From Octopus sinensis (lineage: Eukaryota), in contig NC_043001.1 of the NCBI RefSeq assembly GCF_006345805.1, positions 124,124,001 to 124,188,000 on the forward strand: a DNA stretch of 64,000 nt, in the 5' to 3' direction. The position numbers and the translations under genes are program-made. Positions 1 through 12,700 of this stretch are shown here, piece after piece. Positions within the stretch are counted from its first letter, which is position 1, and each line of letters begins with the position of its first letter. A model generated the notes under the pieces. It was not told where the DNA came from and did no database searches. It saw only the letters and a list, made by a program, of their open reading frames with translations.

Positions 1-681
1 GGCCAGAGTTGAGCAAGTGAAGACGATATTCACGGCTACATACTCATCTAAAAACCATAAGTGAATGTATTGTACCTACCCTCCCTCCTAGTCATAGTCT
101 CTCGCACGTCGTTTGTGCACTGTTTTCATATCTGCCTCTTGTATTTGCGATAAATCCTTTTGTTCAATCTTAAACATGACAGATGTTTTGTCCATACTAT
201 ACTCAACTGCTACATTCAGAATTTCCAGCAAGTATGTATACGTTTCCTTGTTTTTAGATTTGATGGAGTATAATTTGGTTTTGGTTTTAGTTCAATGGAG
301 CCACAATTACTCTGTTGTATATCACTGAGAGATAGTTATGTTAATAAGGTTCTGTGATAGTGGACACTAGCTATTTACTCTCAAATATAAGAAACACATT
401 CTTCTATTCGATTTCGATTTTGATTCTGTTATATATGTTTTTGGAACAAAGCCAAAGGGAATTCTCAGAAGAATATATATTATTCCAAGTTATAGAAATA
501 GAATCTTTATTATTGGAAGAGTCTAGACCATTATCGTTCTCTCGTGACAAAGAGAGCTTACATGAAGATGATAATAATATATAGATTTAGCAACAAAAAC
601 AGAACAACAGCAACTACTAGTAGGAAGTAATATCTAAAACATGATCAACGAAAAAGAATGATAATGCAAAAATTGCTATTA

Positions 682-726
<45 letters not shown>

Positions 727-869
727 CATCAATGATGATAACAAAATGATGATAACAAAATGATGATGTTCATGTCGATGATGATGAGGATGTTGATGGT
801 GATGATGACGATGAGGATGATGATGACGATGATGAGGAGGAGGACGACGATGATGATGATGATGATGAT

Positions 870-914
<45 letters not shown>

Positions 915-1236
915 CGACGATGATGAGAATGATGATGATGATGATGATGATGATGACGATGATGATGACGATGATGAGGATGATGATGATGACGATAATG
1001 ATGATGATGATGAGGATGATGATGATGACGATGATGATGATGATGAAGATGATGTCGATGATGATGAGGATAATGATGATGATGACGATGATGATGACGA
1101 CGATGATGATGACGATGATGATGATGATGATGACGATGACGACGATGATGATGATGATGACGATGATGATGATGATGATGATGATGAGAAGAAGAAGAAG
1201 AAGAAGAAGAAGAGAAGAAGAAGAAGAAGAAGAAAA
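682..1236. repeat. Compound trinucleotide microsatellite (ATT)n-(GAT/GAC)n-(AAG)n
   Basis: Read directly; explains the poly-D, poly-M and poly-S ORFs at 729-1319. Confidence 0.97.
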
Positions 1237-1610
1237 ATTATGTGAAATTGAACAAGAGTGTATTGTATAAAATGTGTTTGTTTCTTAGATGAAATGAAAA
1301 TAAAAATCTCGCATGGCATTAACGTTTCGCAAAATGCAAATATTCATCTGCAAATTACCTGCCACTGACAGAATCGGTAAAAGTTGCTTGAGATCTATTA
1401 AGCGAATATAGGGAAGGGGAGATGAAGGGGAATGTATAGTAAAGAGTAAGAGAGTCAGTGCTGTGCGCGTATTAATAATAAAACACAGAAAAATACCATT
1501 AATGTAATTACCGAAGGTGTTTCAATAAGGAAAAAAATTACAACACGTACCTCAGTTAATGACGTACATCTTAGTTAATAAAGCAAATCGATATGCATCA
1601 ATATGCATAT

Positions 1611-1611
1611 A

Positions 1612-1651
<40 letters not shown>

Positions 1652-1703
1652 CATATGTATCTATATATTTATTTATATATATATATTATATATAATATAT
1701 ATA

Positions 1704-1792
<89 letters not shown>

Positions 1793-1968
1793 CATGTCGT
1801 GGTAGTTGGTTTTGAGATAATTATAGCGCATGTGTTTCTAGGTGCACATGACAACTCATCTGAATACGAGGTACCTTGGTCTGAAAGTATTTTATGTACA
1901 ATTGAAAATTGATGAAAGCTATCTCAACAAGGACGAGGGGAAAATATCTATGTGTATGTATATACATG

Positions 1969-2002
<34 letters not shown>

Positions 2003-2240
2003 CATAAATGTGCATATTTATATACAAACATATTACGCACACACACACATAGACATACATATATATTTACATAAATATATGTATACTTATATATATATAT
2101 ATATATATATATATACGTTTAAATATTTGTTGTGCAAGATTTTTTATGTGAAGTCGTGTGTCGAAACAGATATTGCTGTATTTAGGAATGCTCATATATA
2201 TACACGTATATACATATGCATACATACATACGTATATATA

Positions 2241-2282
<42 letters not shown>
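1611..2282. repeat. (TA)n/(TG)n/(CA)n microsatellite cluster
   Basis: Read directly; explains the YIYI ORFs. Confidence 0.95.
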
Positions 2283-2284
<2 letters not shown>

Positions 2285-2523
2285 CCGCGTGTGTATCGTT
2301 GATTGATTTTTTTTCTCCGTCTTCCCTTCCTTGGACTTTCCCTTTTTCTATGTTTCTGACAAAGAGCTCCGCTTGAAACGATACATTTTCCTTCTTTATT
2401 TCCTTTCTTGAGCATCCAATAACAATATACTTGTTTCGCGTCCTCGTTTTGTTGTGTTTTCTCTTTGTTCATGTTGGAAATAACTATATATATGTATGTA
2501 TATATATATATATATATATATAT

Positions 2524-3240
2524 TATTCAAGTCATGTCACCCCAAACACATAAAAATTAATATACCTTATAATCTAGCGAAACGAATCTGTACTATAATT
2601 TCGGACACCTATAATCGTAAACGAAGACTCCTTGAACTGAGATCTATACTAATCAAAATACATTACCCAATATTATTAATAAATGATGACATTAAACGAG
2701 CAAAGGGAATAGACATACGAACAATAAGGGGAGTCAACCGAGATACTACACCAGACTTAAAAATTATCCCATACATCTCCACACATAACCCCAGAAACAA
2801 TGAAGTCTTCAACATTATCATCCACAATCTACCTCTCCTCACAGGAAATAAAACAATGAAGAAAATTTTAGGCTCACTCAAAATTATGAAAAGCAATGCA
2901 ACCGAAATCATTGAAAATATATTTTAGCAGCGCAAGTCTATATCCATTAACAACGGAACCAAAAGTGAAAAAATCTGGTCGCCCTAACTGTGGCCCATGC
3001 CCCTACCCATTGGAGGGTTCAGAGTTCCACTTTAAACTAATTACAATATTTAAGATTAAATCAAATTTCACCTGTGCCTCGGAAAATCTAATCTATGCCA
3101 TTACCTACTTAGGGTGCAGTAATGAGTATATTGACCAAACAGAAATATCACTCCGTCGAAGAAGACTTCTCCACAGAGAACAAATCCACCACCTACAATA
3201 CAGATAAATACAGGTCAGTGAACACAAAGAAAGATATGCT
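2524..3240 (+). mobile_element. Penelope-like retroelement fragment (RT C-terminus, Cys linker, GIY-YIG endonuclease), frameshifted and 5'-truncated
   Basis: ORFs 2496-2927 and 2896-3207 give KSCHPKHIKINIPYNLAKRICTI, PYISTHNP, RPNCGPC and FTCASENLIYAITYLGCSNEYIDQT (degenerate GIY-YIG). Both ends abut (TA)n. Confidence 0.88.
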
Positions 3241-3250
3241 AGGAACTTAT

Positions 3251-3326
<76 letters not shown>

Positions 3327-3330
<4 letters not shown>

Positions 3331-4580
3331 GTTGCCAAGAAAGTAAAATCATATTTCGCAAATTTTTGCCATATTTTGGTATGCCTTTTGTTAATGTTAT
3401 GATTTTTACCTTTTCGCATTTGATAGCCCTTACTTTTAGTTTACTTTAGAATCAAATTGTCTGTAATTTTGTTTACAGTTGTCAGATCATTGTTAATTTT
3501 AACATGGAGGGCAAAAATGAACTTCTTCACCATAATTTGCTTTTTATTTCTGTAAAGGCAAGCAAGCTGCTGAGCGCCACAAAGAGATATGTGAAATGTA
3601 TGGTGTTGATTGCTTAACAGAACGCACATGTCAGAAATGGTTGAAAAGATCCGTTCGGAGAAATTTCACTCAAAAATGACCAACGTTCTGGTTGACCTAC
3701 TGAAGTTGCTGATGACCGAATAAAAGCTATAATTGAATCTGATTGTCATATAACTGTGTGAGAGATAGCAGAAAAGTTAAATGTATCACACACAAGAATT
3801 TAAAATCCCTTCAAATGTCTTGGACTCATTAAGAAGCTCGATATTTGCATTCTACATAAATTGAAAGAGATTCACTTAACACACCGAATCAATATTTGAG
3901 ATATGCATCTCAATCGCAATGAAAACAACCGTTTTTTTAAACCGAATCATCACTGGTGATGAAAAATGGATTGTCTACAATAACATCAATCGAAAACGGT
4001 CATGGTCCATGTGCAGTGAACCAGCACAATCCACATTGAAAGCTGAGTTGCATTAAAAAGGTAATGCTATCAATTTTTTTTGGGGGGGGGGGCTAACAAC
4101 GGTGTATTGCATTTTGAGCCCCCTCCAAGGAACCAAACGATCGATTCGGATGTTTACTGTCAACAACTAATGAAACTGGACGCTGCAATGAAAGAAAAAA
4201 ACGGCCTGAACTGGCAAATCGTAAATGAATCGTGTTCGATGACAACGCTTGTCCACACACGTCTTTGCTAACCCGTGAATAATTAATGGAGTTTGGTTGG
4301 GAATGATGTCATATCCACCATATAGCCCTGACCTTAAACCACCAGGTTATTCTTTGAATGGTAAAACTTTCAATAATGATGATGTCCTGAAATCGCACTT
4401 GCTTCAGTTTTTGGTTGATAAGGACCAGGAATTCTATGAGCGCGGATTCATGAAGTTGCCAGAAATACGGCAAAGCTCATGGAACAGAATGGAAAATATA
4501 GGATTGATTAAAGTTCATTATTTGTATGAAAAAAACACGTTTATTTCACACCAAAAGAGCAAAATTAGTTTCGTTGCCAG
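3327..4580 (+). mobile_element. Degenerate mariner (DD34D-type) transposon, near full length
   Basis: TA followed by 5' TIR ttgggttgccaagaaagt. Translated motifs IITGDEKWIVYNN (about 3945-3985), NQTIDSDVYCQQL and YPPYSPDL. Many stops and frameshifts; the 3' TIR is eroded near 4565-4580. Confidence 0.9.
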
Positions 4581-5558
4581 TGTATGTTTATATGTATATG
4601 TATTTATGTGAATATAAGCATACACTCACGTACATAAGAAATCAGAAGGAGAGAGGGTATATTTAGAATGCAATTGGGGAAAAAGCACCTTGGCAGCGGA
4701 ATTCTGAATTAATTAATTAATCCAGTGAGCTTTAGGCTTTAGTTGCAGGTATCAGGTTCCTAATTAACAAGATTAATAAAAAATGATAAAGAAAGAAAAG
4801 TCATCTTAGAATAGAAAAAGAAAAATATAACGACTATCATCTTTTTATGCTTATTGGTTGTATTTTTTAAATGTTAGAGGTTATTAATGTTCTCTTACCT
4901 CTTCTGCAAATTCCGATATCTATCTATCTATGTATCGATCTATCTATCTATCTACCTATCTATCTACTTATCTATCCAGACTCACATCCACACGCACGCG
5001 CACACACACACACACACACGCACACACACACTCATCATTTTTTTAATGATACATAGAAAATAGGAGCCAGAAGAACCAACATAGCGAAAGTTTTATGCAA
5101 GATAGAATACTATATATGGTAGGCAAAATCATTATGTAAAAGATAGACGTTAGCTCAAGACTAAAATTGTGAAGAATTGGCAATAATTAAGGCAATAACT
5201 CAAGCAAATGTTACTGTGATATTGTTGTCATAAGTAGATTTTACTGTAATACATAACTAATTTTTGTATTATGCCATTTATTGTACTAACTAATTATGTA
5301 CTACTACTATTTTTTATAATCTATTTTCAAATTTCTAATTATTAATCAATAATTTAAAAGCTGATTTTTTTTTAAGTGTAAAAAATATTTTGAGTTACTT
5401 TTACTTTTAATAGACGTAACAAGTAATAACAAATAGAAGTAATAACTTGTCCTGAACTTTTCCAAGTGTAATAACTTGTCATGTACTTTTCTGTATTTGT
5501 AGTATTAAGGATGTTGTTTCTCCAGCACGCATTTTCCCCAGGTAATATACATATATAA

Positions 5559-5595
<37 letters not shown>

Positions 5596-5775
5596 TTTAT
5601 ATATATTATCATTATTAAGGCAGCGATCTAGAATATATATACATACATGTACATACACACACACACACACACACACACTCACTCACACACACACACACGC
5701 ACACACACACACACACACACACTCACTCACACACACACACACGCACACACACACACGCACACATTTATATATAAT

Positions 5776-6760
5776 TTTTGGGGCTCGTATGGCAGGCGTT
5801 AGCGTAACGAAAATAGCCGAAATGTTTGGTGTATCAAGAAGTACTCTCTTGAAAGTAATGAGAGCCTTTGAGAAAGAAGGAAAAAACCTCGTCGAAACAA
5901 AACTCCGGAAGTAAGAAAAAACTTTCAGACAGGGACCGTCGGACTCTTACGCGAATTGTTAGAAAGGAACTCAGTTTGCCGGGAGCTGCACAAAGCCGGA
6001 TTTCACAGAAGGGCAGCAATCAGAAAACCACTACTTTCAAAAACAAATGATGCAAAGCGTTTAGAGTTAAGTAAAAACTTATAGAATTGGTCTCTAGAGC
6101 AGTGGAAGAATGCTATTTTATCGGACGAATCATCCTTTACACTATTTCCAGCCACCGGCCGAGTGTACATGTGAAGACACCCAAAAGAAGCATTTGACCC
6201 AGACTGCTTTCTTCCAACTGTAAAACATGGAGGAGGATGTGAGATGATCTGGAGGGGGGGGGGGCTATATCTTGGAAATCCGCCGGCCCAACGGTTTCCC
6301 TTCATGGCAGAATTAATAGTGAAGACTATTTAGTCATTTTTATTTGATCAAATTCATTTTTTTGGTTGCGAAAGTGTTTCCAGAGGGCAACGCAATCTTT
6401 CAGGATAATGCATCAATTCACACAGCTAAAGTTGTTACTGAATGGCACGAGGAGCATTCTAGTGAGGTTGAACATCTCATCTGGCCACCACAGTCCCTAG
6501 ATCTCAATATTATTAAACATTTATGGTGCATTTCAGAAAACAAAGTAAGCAGTCGGTATCCTCCACGCTCATCACTACAAAAGCTGGAAACTATTTTAGC
6601 CGAAGAATGGACAAAAATTCCTTTGGAAACAATTCAAACTTTGTACGAGTCCATAGCCCGTAGAATTCAAGCTGTAATTACTGCCAAAGACGGTCCTACC
6701 CCATATTAAAATAAATTTGTGTGAAGTTTTAAAGTGTTTCCATTATTTTTCCAACTCCTG
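5776..6760 (+). mobile_element. Tc1-type transposon remnant, 5'-truncated
   Basis: LSDESSF near 6117. ORF 6344-6709 gives IFQDNASIH, WPPQSLDLNIIKHLW and RRIQAVITAKDGPTPY*. The 3' end ...ccaactcctg is followed by TA. Confidence 0.9.
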
Positions 6761-8214
6761 TATAAGCGTGTATGTATGTGTATACACGAATTACAATTGT
6801 CTCTCAATTGTTAGAATCCTGCACGAAATGCTAAAACGGCAAGCAGTCCATAGATAGACAGGGAAATTAATAGTAAATAAAAGCACCCATCATCCCCTAA
6901 ATACACTCCAAGAACCAACACTCACATGCATCTGATCCTGGTTGCACACATACAATAACACAAGCACACCGATTGCACAAATTCACGACTTATGCTATTC
7001 GCTCCCTCATATGTTTACACAGAAAAAGTTACAAATGCACTCTCACGTGTGCGAATGTAATGACACTCATATACATACATACACATATAATATATACATA
7101 CATACATACTCATATACATACATACATACATACATACATACATACATACATACATACATACATACATACATACATACTCATATACATACATACACTCATA
7201 CTAGCAAACACTTCACGCGTATTCACCGATATTCACTTATTCAATTTCGGCTATTCAAACCAAAACGCACTCCCGACTCCACATTTTCTCCCTTTTGTCG
7301 TCGACTACCACCACATACACTTATCCACACGCAAACACACGGTCACACAATTACGTACATGCATGCACGCTTACACACATTTACTTATACAAATACACAC
7401 GACTTTCTCGCGAAAAAAATTCACACGTATGCATAATACTTTTTCGATCATTTCGTTCCCTTGAATGACCAGGCCGCCTTAGGAAAAAAAAGAAGACAAT
7501 TTAGGGTAACGTTCACTTCAAGTAATATTGGCTGTATAAGAAAAAATAAATGAAAATAAAAAGAAATGAAAAAAGCAAATGTTCGGAATTTACTCTATCC
7601 AAAATGATTGTTTCCCTTTAAGGACCCCATTCTTGCTTGAGCATATATACGTGCCTTTTCAATGCACGCAAACATGTCCGTACTGGACAGCACGATTTAA
7701 TTTACAGAACACACACAACACTACACAGCTGCAAACGCAATCCAGATAGACACTCAGATTTAGGTATGTTGAGCCAAAAGATACATTACACATGGATATC
7801 CATGACAGCCCTTGTAGTCTGAGAAAGACTTCTGAAATTTCTTGTTGAACGTCCTGCACAAATTAATTTTCTGTAGTCATGGGCTGGGGAACATTGGGTG
7901 CAGTGGATGCAAGCGTATCTCTTAAAATTTGATAAAAATCAAAAGTTACGCCCTTACTTTTCTTGGGTTTAGAAAACAATACGCCAAAAGTGATTTGTAA
8001 AAAGAAGCTTGAAGTTAGCTTTCTTCGTAAAGAACAAAGAGCAAATATAAATAAATAAAAAAGCAATAACACCTTGATGGTCAAAAGATTTGTACCTGGG
8101 TTAGCACCCACTAAGAAGGTCTTGGGGTCGAAATTTGCTTAGTGATAAAATATTAGTAATGATCAAAATATTGTACTGTACATTAACTCACTCTCTCCAA
8201 CAAATCGATGTTTC

Positions 8215-8365
8215 CTGAGCAGGTGCACAGTGTACCGCATGTCAGGTGGCGAACTGATCGCAGAGCAAGGTGAGGTGAAGTGTTTTGCTCAAGAACACAG
8301 CGCACCGCTTTGTCCAGGAAGTGAAACGACGATCTCAAGACCCTGAGTGCAAAACCTAAACTTTT
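8215..8365 (-). mobile_element. tRNA-derived SINE fragment
   Basis: Shares gaagtgttttgctcaagaacac and the head region with the SINE at 25612-25860. Confidence 0.6.
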
Positions 8366-9156
8366 ATATCATGCGCCCTCACACATATACATATGTACAA
8401 AGGTAAAATATACCCGACCACACACCATATTCTTGACATGGAGACCCATCACTAACATTTCTGTGAGTCTTGCAAACACTTTATCTTTAAATGAATTAAT
8501 TTATCCATTTTTGAAGACATTATGGTTTCATATGAGGAGATTTTATATACTATTTCTAGCAAATATTTGCCTCTTAGAGATAACCTTGTTGACTCAATAA
8601 ATGAGTATTTATACTACATGTATAAAATATTAATCAATGTAACACTTATTGAAATCTTATGATAGAGAGATGAACTTTCACTTCTGAAAGAGAAGGAAGT
8701 ACATTCAATAGTGATTCACGTTGCCATTTCTATGTGTAAAATGTCTTCTAAGAATCAAAAGAAAAGAATGAGAGTTTTTCTGTCGTGAAGCTTGTATATT
8801 TGTCACTCAGGAAGTTATCTTTGTGTTGCAAATTTACTTTGCACTGCAGTTCCTTTCAGCATCTGGTGCAACATTTCTTTTTTACAAAGAACACAGTCAC
8901 ACAAACTGTTATTGATACACGAACCGACATCCCAATATACGCGACCCAGAGATTTGTTTGTCATATCGCACTCTCTCTCTTTGACTCTCCCCTCTCTCTC
9001 TCTCTCTTTGGCTCCTCTCTCTCTCTTTCTCTCTCTCTCTCTCTTTGACTCTCCCCTCTCTCTCTCGTTCTTTGTCTCTTCACTTCTCTCTATCTAACAC
9101 GTACGCATAACTGTGTATTTATATACATACATAGACACGCAGAAGCAATCACGCAC

Positions 9157-9189
<33 letters not shown>

Positions 9190-9271
9190 CATACAAACCT
9201 ACATGTACGAATGTATGTATGTATGTATATATGTAAGTACGTATACATTATGAACACATTCAAACACGATC

Positions 9272-9439
9272 ACCAGTTGTTGCTTGTCTATATTTCACTT
9301 CTCTTTCTTTCCAATTTTCCAAACTAGTTATTGTTTCATAATGTTCCACCACAATAAAATTTATTTTTGAGGTAATAAACAAACGTTAATTACTTTGGAA
9401 AATAAATGAAGAGTGAAATATAGACAAATAACAACAGGT
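9272..9439. repeat. Foldback/inverted repeat (~168 bp), possible MITE relic
   Basis: ttgtctatatttcact (9284-9299) is the exact reverse complement of agtgaaatatagacaa (9412-9427); imperfect pairing extends outward and inward. Confidence 0.7.
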
Positions 9440-9700
9440 TATATGTTTAATTTATAGGTTTAATTTATTTTAATTTTTCCCAAATTTAACAATGTAATTG
9501 CCCCTATATCTCTCTATTTGTCTCGCATACATATGCATATTTATGTACATAGAATTTTATAAATATATACGTATAACATATGTATATATATATATATATA
9601 TATATCGCCGACCTTGGAACTTAACTATGGTCTATCTATAGCACTTATTCAGCATTACCTGAAACCTTTGGGTCTCACTGACACTATTACCTCTTATAAC

Positions 9701-9732
<32 letters not shown>

Positions 9733-9757
9733 TTCTCTCTGTATATATATATATATA

Positions 9758-12700
9758 TATAATTTCAACAATTGAGGGCAAAATTAATTAATTATTAATC
9801 AATTTCATCAAGTGTTCAGTATGCAAAGGGACCATTCAAGGCGAATTCAAATTATTACATTATATAAAAGGGCTTAGTAAAATAAATTACTTTGCCGCAT
9901 ACTGAACTCATTAGAAATAGCAGCTAAAAAACTTTTAATCTCCCTCTGATTAATGCTTCGGACTTTACCGAAATAAGCATAGAGTTTGATGATTTTAACC
10001 CACGCTGGTGAAAGGGGAGAACAGAGATTCTTCGCTTGCTTATTTTGAATTTGTTGACACTGTTAGTTGGGAGCAGATCTTCGAGAGGGTATGTTCTTAT
10101 TTTCAGTGTTTCCAAATCCAACCAAGGAATTTCCGAGCCGATGATAGAAATGTTGTTTTGACTAATCTTGAAACGTACGTTCTCGAATAACTTAGCATTT
10201 GATTTTTCGATGTCATTACCCCCAAACTTTTGTGGTAAATTATGCAAACACTATATATGAGAGAGATTTTCTTTAAGTATTAGAAATAGCCTTAAAAAAG
10301 TTTTTTAGCTGCTATTTCTAATGAGTTCAGTATGCGGCAAAGTAATTTATTTTACTAAGCCCTTTTATATAATGTAATAATTTGAATTCGCCTTGAATGG
10401 TCCCTTTGCATACTGAACACTTGGTGAAATTGATTAATAATTAATTAATTTTGCCCTCAATTGTTGAAATTATATTAATCTCCCTCTGATTAATGCTTCG
10501 GACTTTACCGAAATAAGCATAGAGTTTGATGATTTTAACCCACGCTGGTGGAAAGGGGAGAACAGAGATTCTTCGCTTGCTTATTTTGAATTTGTTGACA
10601 CTGTTAGTTGGGAGCAGATCTTCGAGAGGGTATGTTCTTATTTTCAGTGTTTCCAAATCCAAACCAAGGAATTTCCGAGCCGATGATAGAAATGTTGTTT
10701 TGACTAATCTTGAAACGTACGTTCTCGAATAACCTTAGCATTTGATTTTTCGATGTCATTACCCCCAAACTTTTGTGAGTTAAATTATGCAAACACTATA
10801 TATGAGAGAGATTTTCTTTAAGTATTAGAAATAGCCTTAAAATTTTTTAGCTGCTATTTCTAATGAGTTCAGTATGCGGCAAAGTAATTTATTTTACTAA
10901 GCCCTTTTATATAATGTAATAATTTGAATTCGCCTTGAATGGTCCCTTTGCATACTGAACACTTGGTGAAATTGATTAATAATTAATTAATTTTGCCCTC
11001 AATTGTTGAAATTATAATTAATCTCCCTCTGATTAATGCTTCGGACTTTACCGAAATAAGCATAGAGTTTGATGATTTTAACCCACGCTGGTGGAAAGGG
11101 GAGAACAGAGATTCTTCGCTTGCTTATTTTGAATTTGTTGACTCTGTTAGTTGGGAGCAGATCTTCGAGAGGGTATGTTCTTATTTTCAGTGTTTCCAAA
11201 TCCAAACCAAGGAATTTCCGAGCCGATGATAGAAATGTTGTTTTGACTAATCTTGAAACGTACGTTCTCGAATAACCTTAGCATTTGATTTTTCGATGTC
11301 ATTACCCCCAAACTTTTGTGAGTTAAATTATGCAAACACTATATATGAGAGAGATTTTCTTTAAGTATTAGAAATAGCCTTAAAAAGTTTTTTAGCTGCT
11401 ATTTCTAATGAGTTCAGTATGCGGCAAAGTAATTTATTTTACTAAGCCCTTTTATATAATGTAATAATTTGAATTCGCCTTGAATGGTCCCTTTGCATAC
11501 TGAACACTTGGTGAAATTGATTAATAATTAATTAATTTTGCCCTCAATTGTTGAAATTATAATTAATCTCCCTCTGATTAATGCTTCGGACTTTACCGAA
11601 ATAAGCATAGAGTTTGATGATTTTAACCCACGCTGGTGGAAAGGGGAGAACAGAGATTCTTCGCTTGCTTATTTTGAATTTGTTGACACTGTTAGTTGGG
11701 AGCAGATCTTCGAGAGGGTATGTTCTTATTTTCAGTGTTTCCAAATCCAAACCAAGGAATTTCCGAGCCGATGATAGAAATGTTGTTTTGACTAATCTTG
11801 AAACGTACGTTCTCGAATAACCTTAGCATTTGATTTTTCGATGTCATTACCCCCAAACTTTTGTGAGTTAAATTATGCAAACACTATATATGAGAGAGAT
11901 TTTCTTTAAGTATTAGAAATAGCCTTAAAAAAGTTTTTTAGCTGCTATTTCTAATGAGTTCAGTATGCGGCAAAGTAATTTATTTTACTAAGCCCTTTTA
12001 TATAATGTAATAATTTGAATTCGCCTTGAATGGTCCCTTTGCATACTGAACACTTGGTGAAATTGATTAATAATTAATTAATTTTGCCCTCAATTGTTGA
12101 AATTATAATTAATCTCCCTCTGATTAATGCTTCGGACTTTACCGAAATAAGCATAGAGTTTGATGATTTTAACCCACGCTGGTGGAAAGGGGAGAACAGA
12201 GATTCTTCGCTTGCTTATTTTGAATTTGTTGACACTGTTAGTTGGGAGCAGATCTCGAGAGGGTATGTTCTTATTTTCAGTGTTTCCAAATCCAAACCAA
12301 GGAATTTCCGAGCCGATGATAGAAATGTTGTTTTGACTAATCTTGAAACGTACGTTCTCGAATAACCTTAGCATTTGATTTTTCGATGTCATTACCCCCA
12401 AACTTTTGTGAGTTAAATTATGCAAACACTATATATGAGAGAGATTTTCTTTAAGTATTAGAAATAGCCTTAAAAAAGTTTTTTAGCTGCTATTTCTAAT
12501 GAGTTCAGTATGCGGCAAAGTAATTTATTTTACTAAGCCCTTTTATATAATGTAATAATTTGAATTCGCCTTGAATGGTCCCTTTGCATACTGAACACTT
12601 GGTGAAATTGATTAATAATTAATTAATTTTGCCCTCAATTGTTGAAATTATAATTAATCTCCCTCTGATTAATGCTTCGGACTTTACCGAAATAAGCATA

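Noticed and set aside
113-584. Hydrophobic ORFs with a faint GPCR TM7-like DSVIYVF in another frame
   Set aside because: The frames are broken by stops, there is no coherent splice structure, and the similarity is too weak to support.
729-1319. Poly-Asp/Ser/Met ORFs, and the many YIYI, VCVC, THTH, YLSI and poly-L/R ORFs elsewhere
   Set aside because: These are translations of microsatellites.
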